A stretch of DNA of 64,000 nucleotides from Lutibacter sp. (lineage in GTDB: Bacteria; Bacteroidota; Bacteroidia; Flavobacteriales; Flavobacteriaceae): assembly GCA_036567345.1 (NCBI GenBank), contig DATCUQ010000020.1, positions 48,742 through 112,741 on the forward strand. The letters are read 5' to 3'. Every line of letters starts with the position of its first letter. Within the stretch, counting starts at the first letter, position 1. Positions 1 through 9,555 of the stretch are shown here, piece after piece. Made by a program: the position numbers and the translations under genes. The notes beneath the pieces are model-generated. The model saw nothing but the letters and a program-made list of their open reading frames with translations. It was not told the DNA's origin and did not search any database.

Positions 1-216
1 TTTTTGGGTTTCGCCCGATTTAAATAAGTCGCCAATATCTTTTGAAAGTTTATTGGATTCGGCTAAAATAGCGTCCAGTTCTGTTTGAATTGCCCTTCTT
101 TCTTCATCAGCCAAAATAGTTTTATCAACCATTTCTTCGGCATTTTTAAAATTTCTTTTTGTCAAACCTTTTAAAACAGTTTCCCTGTTTTCTCTAATAA
201 ACGCTACTTGTAACAT
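1..216 (-). CDS. serS: seryl-tRNA synthetase, N-terminal 72 codons (gene runs off the window start)
   Basis: My own reverse-strand translation from ATG at 214-216 gives MLQVAFIRENRETVLKGLTKRNFKNAEEMVDKTILADEERRAIQTELDAILAESNKLSKDIGDLFKSGETQK. This is typical of the SerRS N-terminal arm. The frame is open to the window edge, and the ORF is absent from the track because it is truncated. Confidence 0.7.
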   Translation of the reverse strand, partial: MLQVAFIRENRETVLKGLTKRNFKNAEEMVDKTILADEERRAIQTELDAILAESNKLSKDIGDLFKSGETQK

Positions 217-269
217 GGGTTTTATCCTTTAATTAAGAGGCAAATTTAACAAATTGCAGTTAAAGGATG

Positions 270-800
270 TTAATTACTTTCATCTGTTTTTAAAGAAACG
301 GTTTCTTTGATAGCTGAAATGATTTGAGGCACTTCATCAATCTTAAAATTGAAGTCTATTTTAAAGGCTTTCTTAGAAACTTTTGAGATTTTAAAATTGC
401 CATTTTTAATGGGATAATAACCTGTTTGGCCTTTGCAAAAGCACAAACGGCCAAAGTGTAATTTTATGTTTTGAAGCGCTTCGTTGGTCAAGGTTTTTGC
501 TGAAATGGTTGAATCCAATTCGGCAAAAACGATTTCAGAATAATTGCTGTCTTGGGTATTTGGAATCGGATTTTTAGCATAAACATATTTAAAAATTGTT
601 TTATTTCCTTCAGAAATTACGGGATAAGAATTGCCAAATTCATCCTTTTTAAATTCCAAAGATTTGTTGGGCAGCAATTCAATGGTGCAAGTGCCATTTT
701 CGGGACAATTTAGAGTATCTACCAAAATGGCTTCATTTACTACAAAAGAAGATTTACAAGACACTATAACTAAAAATAACAATGGCAATAGATTTTTCAT
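270..800 (-). CDS. hypothetical lipoprotein
   Basis: 176-aa ORF with a signal peptide and lipobox-like LVIVSC. No recognisable catalytic motif. Confidence 0.6.
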   Translation of the reverse strand: MKNLLPLLFLVIVSCKSSFVVNEAILVDTLNCPENGTCTIELLPNKSLEFKKDEFGNSYPVISEGNKTIFKYVYAKNPIPNTQDSNYSEIVFAELDSTISAKTLTNEALQNIKLHFGRLCFCKGQTGYYPIKNGNFKISKVSKKAFKIDFNFKIDEVPQIISAIKETVSLKTDESN

Positions 801-818
801 TTGTGTAATTTAAGGTTT

Positions 819-1760
819 TTAAAGCTCAAAACGTGTGCCGTTTATAATTTCCAATGATTTTTGTTTGTCTGTTATCAATTGATTTTTCAGGGCTGAAACA
901 GAGTCAAATTTTTGTTCATCCCGTAAAAATTTCAACACATCAATTTGAATTTTTTTGCCGTATAAATCTTTGTTGAAGTTAAAAAAATGAATTTCAATGG
1001 TTTGGGTTTTTCCCTTTACCGTTGGGTTGTATCCGATATTCATCATGCCGTAAACGGTTTCATTTTCCATTTCACACTTTACAATGTAAGAGCCGGTTTT
1101 AGGCAATAATTTATAGGTTTCTTTTATTGACAGATTTGCGGTTGGGAAACCAATTTTCTCGCCCAAATTTTTACCTTCCACCACTTCGCCGGTCAGCATA
1201 AAATAGTATCCCAAATTGCGATTTGCTTCTTCAATATTGCCAAGTTCAATGGCTTTTCTGATTTTTGTGGAACTGATGGTGATGTTGTCAATTTCCTGCT
1301 GGGGAATTTTGCTCACTTCAAAACCAAAAGTTTTTCCGAAGGCGGTTAATTGTTCAAAATTTCCTTCCCTGTTTTTTCCGAAGCGATGGTCGTAACCAAT
1401 AATTAATTTTGATATTTTCAGGTTGTCAACCAACACATTTTTCACAAAATCCAAGGCAGTTTTTTCGGCAAAATCTTTTGTAAATTCATGAATCACCAAG
1501 GTGTTTAAGCCCGTTTTTTCCAACAACACAATTCGTTCATCAATCGTATTGATCAATTTGATACCCGTATCTTTCTGCAAAACCATTCTGGGATGCGGAA
1601 AAAAAGTTAACAATACCGCCGTGGCATTGTCCTTTTTCGCGCTATTGATAAGGTTCGACAAAACTTTTTGATGTCCAACATGCACGCCATCAAATGTACC
1701 AATGGTCACAAAAGTTTTGTTTTTTGAAGTGTAGTTAGATAAATCGGTATAAATTTTCAA
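819..1760 (-). CDS. ribF: bifunctional riboflavin kinase / FAD synthetase
   Basis: GTFDGVHVGHQ nucleotidyltransferase motif at the N-terminus and GFPTANL riboflavin-kinase motif at the C-terminus. 313 aa. The start codon is TTG. Confidence 0.9.
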   Translation of the reverse strand: MKIYTDLSNYTSKNKTFVTIGTFDGVHVGHQKVLSNLINSAKKDNATAVLLTFFPHPRMVLQKDTGIKLINTIDERIVLLEKTGLNTLVIHEFTKDFAEKTALDFVKNVLVDNLKISKLIIGYDHRFGKNREGNFEQLTAFGKTFGFEVSKIPQQEIDNITISSTKIRKAIELGNIEEANRNLGYYFMLTGEVVEGKNLGEKIGFPTANLSIKETYKLLPKTGSYIVKCEMENETVYGMMNIGYNPTVKGKTQTIEIHFFNFNKDLYGKKIQIDVLKFLRDEQKFDSVSALKNQLITDKQKSLEIINGTRFEL

Positions 1761-1791
1761 TTTGAAAATAGGTTTGGTTATTTATGGGTTA

Positions 1792-1799
1792 CAAAATTA
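1792..1799 (-). promoter_or_regulatory. Bacteroidetes -7 box (TAATTTTG) upstream of ribF
   Basis: The reverse complement of caaaatta matches the TAnnTTTG consensus. It lies 31 nt upstream of the ribF start. Confidence 0.35.
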
Positions 1800-1873
1800 C
1801 TTTAATTAATTAAAACGAGATTGATGTGTGAGATTAATTTGGCATTTAAATTGCGCACAAAAGAATATCATTC

Positions 1874-1881
1874 TATATTTG
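1874..1881 (+). promoter_or_regulatory. Bacteroidetes -7 box (TATATTTG) upstream of the metalloprotease gene
   Basis: Matches TAnnTTTG, 33 nt before the ATG at 1915. Confidence 0.45.
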
Positions 1882-1914
1882 TGATTTCGACACTTTCCAA
1901 CAGCAAAATGATTT

Positions 1915-4900
1915 ATGAAACAACATTATAAAAAACGGTTCTTCTTAACACTTTCTTTGTGTCTTCTATTTTTTGCTGTTTCAGCCCAAAATTCCGATGA
2001 ATTGTGGACAAAAAAAACTGATTTTGAGAAAAGCGCTTCAAAAAAATTAGCCAGAAAATCAATTCCAAATAAGTTTGAAACCTATCAGCTAAATATAAAT
2101 CTGTTCAAAAGCAGGTTAAATAATGCGCCAAAACGAAAAGTCAATTTAGAAAAATCGAATACGGTGATAAGTTTCCCCAATGAAAAAGGAAATTTAGAAA
2201 AATACCAAATTTTTGAAGCTTCAGTTTTGGATGAAAATCTTCAAAAACAATATCCAAATATCAGGTCTTATGTCGGTAAAGGAATTGACAATCCGGGTTC
2301 CGTAATAAGATTCAGCGTAACGCCACAAGGTTTGCATGCCATGGTTTTGCGAAATGCCGATGGAACCGTTTATATTGATCCATATACTGAAACCAACGAT
2401 TCCTACATCGTATATTCGAGTAAAAATTTGCCATCCACAGAACCGTTTGAATGTAAGTTTGATGAGGCAAACACTTCCCAAAAATCGAGTACGGCAACCG
2501 TTTCGGCTAAAGAAGATAATGCCAATGACGGAAAATTAAGAACTTTTAGGCTGGCTGTTGCCACCACCGCAGAATATTCACAGTTTCATTTGGACAGACA
2601 AAATATCAGTCCTTCGGCTACAGAAGCCGAAAAAAAAGCAGCAGTTTTATCGGCAATAGCGGTGACAATGACCAGAGTGAATGGACTTTTTGAAAGGGAT
2701 GTTTCGCTTACAATGCAACTGGTTGCCAATAACACGGCAATTATTTTTTTGGATGCAGCTACTGATGGTTTGTCAAATAACGATTCCAATACTTTAATAG
2801 ATGAAAGTCAAACGGTTATAGATTTTAATATAGGAACTGCAAATTATGACATTGGCCACACTTTTAGCACCGGCGGTGGCGGATTGGCGCAGCTAAATTC
2901 TCCCTGTGTCACCAATCAAAAGGCCAGAGGAATCACAGGTTTGCCAGCTCCAATAGGAGATGCTTATGACATAGATTACGTTACGCACGAAATGGGACAT
3001 CAATATGGTGCCCACCACACTTTTAACGGAGATGCCGGGAATTGCGCCGGCGACAACAGAAACTTAAGCACAGCGGTAGAGCCGGGAAGCGGGTCAACCA
3101 TTATGTCGTATTCAGGACTTTGTGCCCCGCAAAATGTGCAAAATCTGGCTGACCCTTATTTTCATTTGGTGAGCATCAGGGAAATGTGGGCAAACATTAC
3201 AATAGGAAGCAGCAGTACTTGTGCCGCTATAACCAACACAGGAAACAGTGCGCCAATTATAGGTGACCTGCCAAATAATTACACCATTCCAAAATCAACG
3301 CCTTTTATTTTAAATGCCAGCGCAACAGACAGCAATGGTGATAATTTAACATATACATGGGAACAGCTGGATACAGAAATTACGGCATATCCATTGGTTT
3401 CAACCGCTACTGAAGGTCCGGCTTTTAGGTCATTTCCTCCAAGCAACTCTTCAAGACGTTATTTTCCAAATCAAACAATTGTAAATGCAGGGAATTTGTC
3501 AGATACATACGAAGTATTGCCATCTGTTGGCAGGACTATGAAATTTGGCGTAAACGTGAGAGACAGTCGTGCCGGTGGCGGACAAACAGCCAGCAAGGAA
3601 ACTGTGGTCACTTTTGCCGGCGGAGCGGGTCCGTTTAAAGTTACTTCTCAATCTACCGATGTGATTTGGGACGCAGGAACGGCACAAACCATTACTTGGG
3701 ATATTGCCAACAGCAATTTGGCGCCGGTAAATTGTGCTTTTGTGAATATTCTTTTCTCTGCGGATGGAGGTTTAACATTTCCAACAACTTTAGCTTCAAA
3801 TGTGGCAAATGACGGGTCGCATGAAATTGTTGTCCCAAACAGTGCAACAACAACCGGACGGATTAAAGTAGAAAGTGCGGGGAATATTTTTTATTCGGTA
3901 AACGCCAAAAACATCACCATCCAAACTTCTGAATTTATTATGGATTTTGCGGCTTATTCGAAAAATGTGTGCATTCCAAGCAGCGCGGTTTATACGTTTA
4001 CCTACAATACTTTTTTAAATTTTAATGAAGTAACAACTTTTTCTGCCACCGGAAATCCTGTTGGTTCAAACGTTACCTTTAATCCGGCCACGGCAACAAG
4101 CAACAACACCAATGTTCAGGTTACCATTAGCGGAATTGCCGTTTCTGGAATTTATGATGTGTCAATAAAGGGAACATCGGCTTCGGTAACAAAAACAACT
4201 GTTGTAAATTTGGGCGTTTATAGCGCAACGGTTTTAGCGCCAACATTGGTTTCACCCGCCAATAATGAGATTGATGTTTTGAAACCCTTTTATTTAAATT
4301 GGAATGACGATTTGAATGCAACAAGTTATGATGTTCAAATCTCTGAAAACTCCAATTTCGGAATCATTTTAGAATCTGCCAATGTGAATGTAAGCGCTTA
4401 TTCCCCACAAAATTTACAGCCTAAAACAAGCTATTTTTGGCGTGTTAAATCAATAAATCAGTGTGGCGAGAGTGCCTTTTCTGCCACATTTAAATTCGTT
4501 ACTGAAAATGATGTTTGTGACACCAACAACTCTTTGGATACGCCAAAAAATATTCCGGATGACAATGCCACAGGCGTTTCTTCAACCATTGCGATATCCA
4601 CCAATAAAATCATAAGAGATGTCAATGTAACCGTGAACATCACACATGAATGGGTGGGCGATTTGGACCTGACTTTAATAAGTCCGAGTGGAAGACAGGT
4701 AATGTTATCTGCCAATAATGGAGATGAGGGAACGGGTTATATTAATACGGTTTTTGATGATAGCGCCCTAAACCCAATTAGTGCAGGAACAGCTCCATTT
4801 ACAGGCACCTTTAGGCCGGAAGGAACCTTGTCAAATTTTTATGATGAAGAATCATTCGGTAATTGGACATTAAAAGCTGTGGATTCTGGGCCAGTGGATA

Positions 4901-5748
4901 TTGGAACAATCAATAGTTGGAGTCTTGAAATTTGTGGGGTTCCGATTGTAATTGTTAATGACGATGACAATGATGGGGTTATGAATGATGTTGACCAATG
5001 TCCAAACACAACTCCGGGTTCATTGGTTGATGCTTTGGGTTGTTTCTCCTTGCCCGCAAATAATTTTACGGTTGAAACACTAAGTGAAACCTGTCCGGGA
5101 AAAAACAATGGGCAAGTCAAAATTACGGCAGCAGCTGCACTAAATTATACTACCACCATAAACGGAGTAAGTTATAATTTTACAAATGTAACCTCTGTTT
5201 CAACCCCAACAAATTTGGCTCCCGGAACATATAATTTCTGTATTGGGGTTATTGGAGAAACCTATCAGCAATGTTACACCGTTCAGGTGGCTGCAGGAAC
5301 AACGGTTTCAGGAAAATCGAGCCTAACTTCAGGCAAGGCTTCCGTAGAAATTGAGAAGGGAACTGCGCCATTTACGGTTTTTGTAAACGGACTAGAACAA
5401 TTTGAAACAAGTGCACCAATATTTTCTGTTGATGTAAAAAGCGGCGATATTTTGGAAGTAAAAACAGCCGTTTCCTGTGAGGGTGTCTATTCAAAAACCA
5501 TTGATGCTTTTGATAGTGTTTTTGCTTATCCGAATCCAACCCAAGGCGCTTTTGAAATCACGGTTCCAACTTCACAAACAGAAGTTGTGATTGAATTGTA
5601 CAACATTAATTCGCAATTGATTTCAACAAAAAAATATCCTGTTGTTTACGGAAAAGTGCAGTTAAGTTTAGCAAACAAACCAACAGGAGTATATTTTGCA
5701 AAAGTGAATTTAGACAAGCCTGTAACCCTGAAAATTATCAAACAATAA
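1915..5748 (+). CDS. T9SS-secreted zinc metalloprotease (reprolysin/M12B-like) with proprotein-convertase P-domain, FN3-like, TSP3 and SprB-like modules and a Por C-terminal sorting domain
   Basis: Signal peptide, HEMGHQYGAHH zinc motif, and a P-domain-like stretch GDLDLTLISPSGRQV...GNWTLKAVD. The C-terminal AYPNPTQGAFEI...VYFAKV matches the T9SS CTD pattern. Confidence 0.85.
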   Translation: MKQHYKKRFFLTLSLCLLFFAVSAQNSDELWTKKTDFEKSASKKLARKSIPNKFETYQLNINLFKSRLNNAPKRKVNLEKSNTVISFPNEKGNLEKYQIFEASVLDENLQKQYPNIRSYVGKGIDNPGSVIRFSVTPQGLHAMVLRNADGTVYIDPYTETNDSYIVYSSKNLPSTEPFECKFDEANTSQKSSTATVSAKEDNANDGKLRTFRLAVATTAEYSQFHLDRQNISPSATEAEKKAAVLSAIAVTMTRVNGLFERDVSLTMQLVANNTAIIFLDAATDGLSNNDSNTLIDESQTVIDFNIGTANYDIGHTFSTGGGGLAQLNSPCVTNQKARGITGLPAPIGDAYDIDYVTHEMGHQYGAHHTFNGDAGNCAGDNRNLSTAVEPGSGSTIMSYSGLCAPQNVQNLADPYFHLVSIREMWANITIGSSSTCAAITNTGNSAPIIGDLPNNYTIPKSTPFILNASATDSNGDNLTYTWEQLDTEITAYPLVSTATEGPAFRSFPPSNSSRRYFPNQTIVNAGNLSDTYEVLPSVGRTMKFGVNVRDSRAGGGQTASKETVVTFAGGAGPFKVTSQSTDVIWDAGTAQTITWDIANSNLAPVNCAFVNILFSADGGLTFPTTLASNVANDGSHEIVVPNSATTTGRIKVESAGNIFYSVNAKNITIQTSEFIMDFAAYSKNVCIPSSAVYTFTYNTFLNFNEVTTFSATGNPVGSNVTFNPATATSNNTNVQVTISGIAVSGIYDVSIKGTSASVTKTTVVNLGVYSATVLAPTLVSPANNEIDVLKPFYLNWNDDLNATSYDVQISENSNFGIILESANVNVSAYSPQNLQPKTSYFWRVKSINQCGESAFSATFKFVTENDVCDTNNSLDTPKNIPDDNATGVSSTIAISTNKIIRDVNVTVNITHEWVGDLDLTLISPSGRQVMLSANNGDEGTGYINTVFDDSALNPISAGTAPFTGTFRPEGTLSNFYDEESFGNWTLKAVDSGPVDIGTINSWSLEICGVPIVIVNDDDNDGVMNDVDQCPNTTPGSLVDALGCFSLPANNFTVETLSETCPGKNNGQVKITAAAALNYTTTINGVSYNFTNVTSVSTPTNLAPGTYNFCIGVIGETYQQCYTVQVAAGTTVSGKSSLTSGKASVEIEKGTAPFTVFVNGLEQFETSAPIFSVDVKSGDILEVKTAVSCEGVYSKTIDAFDSVFAYPNPTQGAFEITVPTSQTEVVIELYNINSQLISTKKYPVVYGKVQLSLANKPTGVYFAKVNLDKPVTLKIIKQ
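4960..5748 (+). repeat. Copy 1 of a ~0.79 kb shared 3' module (TSP3 unit + SprB-like domain + T9SS CTD)
   Basis: Near-identical at nucleotide level to 7977-8761. The last ~250 nt match almost base for base by eye. Confidence 0.9.
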
Positions 5749-5832
5749 TCCAATGAGAGAAATATTTTGATTATCACGAATTTTATAACCAAATAATAAT
5801 ATACACGACACTATTTTTATTTAATAAAACAA

Positions 5833-5840
5833 TAAATTTG
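5833..5840 (+). promoter_or_regulatory. Bacteroidetes -7 box (TAAATTTG) upstream of the nuclease gene
   Basis: Matches TAnnTTTG, 38 nt before the GTG start at 5879. Confidence 0.45.
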
Positions 5841-5878
5841 TAGTCCTAAAATTAATTTAACGAAAAACCCTGAAATTT

Positions 5879-8761
5879 GTGAAAAAACTACTTATCAATT
5901 TATTGCTATTGCTATTTGTTGTCCCTTTTTATGGACAAATTCAATCCTATTATAACGATTTAGATTTAACAAAAACGGGGAACGATTTGTTTTTGGAATT
6001 ATCAACCCGTTTGGCCGCTACACATACCGGAATTCCTTATACTGGCTCTCCAGTAGATATTTGGGATGCTTGTAAATTGGCAGATGAAGATCCCGATATC
6101 AACACAAATTTATTGCTAATTTACGGGTACAATGATACTGACGCAATTTCAGACAACGACAGAACAAGAAATAAAAGCTTACAAGATACAGGAAGCGGTG
6201 CTTCTGGCGTATGGAACAGAGAACATGTTTTTGCGCAATCATTGGCAATTCCTAATTTAAGCACTACTGAACCTGGACCAGGAACCGATGTGCATAATTT
6301 AAGACCGGCAGACAGGGACAGAAACACCCAAAGAAGCAACAGGCCATTTACTGATGGAAATGGTGATTCACATATTGTAACTGCCAACGGCGGTTGGTAT
6401 CCCGGAGATGAATGGAAAGGTGATATTGCGCGAATTGTGATGTATATGTACACGCGTTACCACGGAACAGGAACCCAAATTTCACAAACAAAATGTTTGC
6501 CCACAGCTGTAGGTATTGGAACAACTTTAACTGTTGATCCCAATATGATTGAGTTGTTTTTAAAATGGAATGCTGAAGATCCTGTTTCTACATTTGAAGC
6601 AAACAGGAACGAAAAACTTTCTGGGATTCAGATGAACAGAAACCCATATATCGACAATCCTTATTTGGCGACGGTAATTTGGGGAGGGTTGGAAGCAGAA
6701 GATAAATGGTGGTCCAGTGGCTCAACTGATACCCAAGCACCAACGGCACCAACAAATTTAACGCCATCAAATATTTTGGCCAAATCCTTTGATGTAAGTT
6801 GGAATGCTTCTGTTGATGATACTGGCGTTTATGATTATCTGATCTATTTAAATGGCGTTTATTTAAAATCAACAAATACAACCACAGTTTCCATTACCAA
6901 TTTAAGTCCGGATACAAGTTACAATGTAACAGTTAAAGCGCGTGATTTGGCATCAAATTATTCGGTTGTCAGCACGGCTTTAAATGTGAAAACATTGATT
7001 GGGCCAAAAATTTTATTGGAAGAATTTTTTGAGGATTGTGCAAATACAAAATTCTTTGTATATAATGAAGCCAGTGACAAAAATTGGTTATGTACGCCTC
7101 AATTTGGACAAAATAATTCGGGTTCTTATGGCATAAACGGACATCAGGAAAATGTTTTGAGCAAAGACTGGCTGATAACCAAAAACCCCATTAATTTTGA
7201 TGCAGAAACCGGTGAAAAATTGAGTTTTTATACCGATGCAGCTTATGGAACCAGCGTTTTGGAATTGGTATATTCGGCTGATTATAGTGGATCAGGAAAT
7301 CCTAGTGATTTTGAATGGATCCCGGTTCCAAACTTGACTATTCCTATTCATCCCAATGGAACTTCAACTGAAGTGGTTTTTACTTTTACCGATATAGATA
7401 TCACCTCTATTACAGGAACCGTTTATTTTGCTTTTAAATATTATTCAAACGGAGTTCCTACGCGTTGGACTGTTGATAATTTTGAAATTACCACAAATCA
7501 ACCAAGTTTTGATACTGATGAAGACGGTATTTTAGATGCGGCAGACAATTGCCCAACAGTTGCAAATGCTGACCAATTAGACACGGATGGCGATGGTGTT
7601 GGTGATGTTTGCGATTCATGTGCAAATACCCCAAATGGAGAAATTGTAAATGCCAACGGTTGTTCTCAAAGTCAGATAGATGATGACAATGATGGCGTGA
7701 TGAATAATGTTGATGCTTGTTCAAATACACCATCAGGGGAAACTGTAAATGCAAGCGGATGTTCAACTTCACAGACCGATGCTGATGCTGATGGCGTGAA
7801 AGACAACGTTGATATTTGTCCAAACACACCAAATGGAGAATCTGTAAATACCAACGGTTGTTCATCAAGTCAGTTAGATGATGACAACGATGGCTTGATG
7901 AATAATGCAGATTTATGTGCGAATACACCGGCAGGACAAACCGTAAATACCAATGGCTGTTCTCAAAGCCAATTGGACGATGACAACGATGGCGTTAAGA
8001 ACGACAAGGATTTCTGTCCAAATACATCAGCAGGCGCTTTGGTTGATGCAGCAGGTTGCTTTACATTGCCTGCCAACAATTTTACGGTTGAAACACTCGG
8101 TGAAACCTGCCCGGGAAAAAATAACGGACAAATTAAAATTACGGCGCAAACAGTTTTAAACTATAGCTTAAAAATTAACAATGTTGCTTATAATTTTACA
8201 ACAGCAACAACGTATAACTCTGCAAATTTAGCGCCGGGAACTTACAATGTGTGCATTGGCGTTACAGGACAAACCTATACACAATGTTACACCGTTCAGG
8301 TTGCTGCAGGAACAACGGTTTCAGGAAAATCGAGCGTAACTTCAGGCAAAGCTTCCGTAGAAATTGAAAAAGGAACTGCGCCTTATATTGTTTATGTAAA
8401 CGGAAAAGAACAATTTGAAACAAACGCTCCAATATTTTCTGTTGATGTAAATAGCGGCGATATCCTGGAAGTTAAAACGGCCGTTTCCTGCGAAGGAATC
8501 TATTCAAAAACCATTGATGCTTTTGATAGTGTTTTTGCTTATCCGAATCCAACCGAAGGCGCTTTTGAAATCACGGTTCCAACTTCACAAACAGAAGTTG
8601 TGATTGAATTGTACAACATTAATTCGCAATTGATTTCATCAAAAAAATATCCTGTTGTTTACGGTAAAGTGCAGTTAAGTTTAGCAAACAAACCAACAGG
8701 AGTATATTTTGCAAAAGTGAATTTAGCCGAACCAATTATTATAAAAATTATTAAACAATAA
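5879..8761 (+). CDS. T9SS-secreted extracellular endonuclease I family nuclease with FN3, beta-sandwich, thrombospondin type 3 repeats, SprB-like domain and Por CTD
   Basis: GTG start and a signal peptide. Endonuclease I motifs NREHVFAQS and DVHNLRPADRDRNTQRSN. FN3 segment (APTNLT...YNVTVKARD). DxDxDGxxD calcium-binding repeats. The CTD is identical in type to the upstream gene. Confidence 0.85.
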   Translation: MKKLLINLLLLLFVVPFYGQIQSYYNDLDLTKTGNDLFLELSTRLAATHTGIPYTGSPVDIWDACKLADEDPDINTNLLLIYGYNDTDAISDNDRTRNKSLQDTGSGASGVWNREHVFAQSLAIPNLSTTEPGPGTDVHNLRPADRDRNTQRSNRPFTDGNGDSHIVTANGGWYPGDEWKGDIARIVMYMYTRYHGTGTQISQTKCLPTAVGIGTTLTVDPNMIELFLKWNAEDPVSTFEANRNEKLSGIQMNRNPYIDNPYLATVIWGGLEAEDKWWSSGSTDTQAPTAPTNLTPSNILAKSFDVSWNASVDDTGVYDYLIYLNGVYLKSTNTTTVSITNLSPDTSYNVTVKARDLASNYSVVSTALNVKTLIGPKILLEEFFEDCANTKFFVYNEASDKNWLCTPQFGQNNSGSYGINGHQENVLSKDWLITKNPINFDAETGEKLSFYTDAAYGTSVLELVYSADYSGSGNPSDFEWIPVPNLTIPIHPNGTSTEVVFTFTDIDITSITGTVYFAFKYYSNGVPTRWTVDNFEITTNQPSFDTDEDGILDAADNCPTVANADQLDTDGDGVGDVCDSCANTPNGEIVNANGCSQSQIDDDNDGVMNNVDACSNTPSGETVNASGCSTSQTDADADGVKDNVDICPNTPNGESVNTNGCSSSQLDDDNDGLMNNADLCANTPAGQTVNTNGCSQSQLDDDNDGVKNDKDFCPNTSAGALVDAAGCFTLPANNFTVETLGETCPGKNNGQIKITAQTVLNYSLKINNVAYNFTTATTYNSANLAPGTYNVCIGVTGQTYTQCYTVQVAAGTTVSGKSSVTSGKASVEIEKGTAPYIVYVNGKEQFETNAPIFSVDVNSGDILEVKTAVSCEGIYSKTIDAFDSVFAYPNPTEGAFEITVPTSQTEVVIELYNINSQLISSKKYPVVYGKVQLSLANKPTGVYFAKVNLAEPIIIKIIKQ
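7619..8062 (+). repeat. Intragenic tandem repeat, 99 bp (33 aa) x ~4.5, thrombospondin type 3-like
   Basis: The unit C(A/P/S)NTPxGExVNxxGCSxSQxDDDNDGVxNxxDx recurs at 7619, 7718, 7817 and 7916, with a partial unit at 8015. Confidence 0.85.
7977..8761 (+). repeat. Copy 2 of the shared 3' module
   Basis: See 4960-5748. Confidence 0.9.
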
Positions 8762-8766
8762 TTCCA

Positions 8767-9468
8767 ATGAAAAATTATATATATATCGCAGCAATTAGTT
8801 TTAGTTTATGGTCTTGCGGCGGTGGCGGCGACGGAGACGAGCCAACACCTCCACCGGTTGTAAACACGGCGCCAACAGTTCCAACACTGACCTATCCCAC
8901 CAATAATTTATTGTGCATAGACAATGTGCTGAATTTTCAGTGGAACGCCTCAACCGATGCTGAAGGCGGTGTTATCACCTATCAAATTGAGGTTTCTAAA
9001 AACACGCAGTTTTCTCCATTGGCTCATAATGTAACTTCCACCACCGCCAGCAAATCAATTACGCTGGAAAAGGGAATTGCTTATTATTGGCGGGTAAAAG
9101 CGACAGACAGCAAAAGTGCATCAAGCAATTATTCAACAACTTTTAGTTTTTATACCGAAGGCGTTGGTGTTACAAACCACCTGCCATTTTCCCCGGTATT
9201 GGTAAGCCCAACTTTAAATTCGCTACAAACAACAGCCACCGTAAATTTGCAATGGACCGCAACCGATGTTGACGCAAGTGACACCTTAACGTATGATGTG
9301 TATTTTGGAGCTGTAAATCTGCCTTTAACAGCAACAACTCCTAACCATCCATCAACCAGTTTAAATGTTAACCTAAATCCCTCAACAACCTATTTCTGGA
9401 AAGTGGTGGTGAAAGATGGCAAAGGCGGGCAAACAATTGGGCAGGTTTGGAGTTTTACCACGGATTAG
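8767..9468 (+). CDS. lipoprotein with two FN3-like domains
   Basis: Lipobox LWSCGGGG. Two modules end in YYWRVKA and YFWKVVV, resembling the FN3-like module of the protease (SYFWRVKS). The start is 6 nt after the nuclease stop. Confidence 0.7.
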   Translation: MKNYIYIAAISFSLWSCGGGGDGDEPTPPPVVNTAPTVPTLTYPTNNLLCIDNVLNFQWNASTDAEGGVITYQIEVSKNTQFSPLAHNVTSTTASKSITLEKGIAYYWRVKATDSKSASSNYSTTFSFYTEGVGVTNHLPFSPVLVSPTLNSLQTTATVNLQWTATDVDASDTLTYDVYFGAVNLPLTATTPNHPSTSLNVNLNPSTTYFWKVVVKDGKGGQTIGQVWSFTTD

Positions 9469-9497
9469 GGATTATTAAGATAGTTTTTAAAAATAAT

Positions 9498-9537
9498 AAA
9501 ACGATGTTGTACTTAGAAAGTATAACATCGTTTTTTG
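9498..9537. terminator. bidirectional intrinsic terminator
   Basis: Hairpin AAAACGATGTTGT...ATAACATCGTTTTTT with an A-run before and a T-run after. It lies between convergent genes. Confidence 0.7.
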
Positions 9538-9555
9538 TGCTTATTTATAGGTTTG

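Noticed and set aside
2221-5120. Multiple 60-95-aa minus-strand and alternative-frame ORFs inside the metalloprotease gene
   Set aside because: All are nested in a long ORF with strong motif support. They have no start context, signal or motif of their own.
7488-7928. 146-aa and 60-aa minus-strand ORFs inside the nuclease gene
   Set aside because: They are antisense shadows of the TSP3 repeat region with His/Leu-rich nonsense composition. The plus-strand frame carries clear domain motifs.
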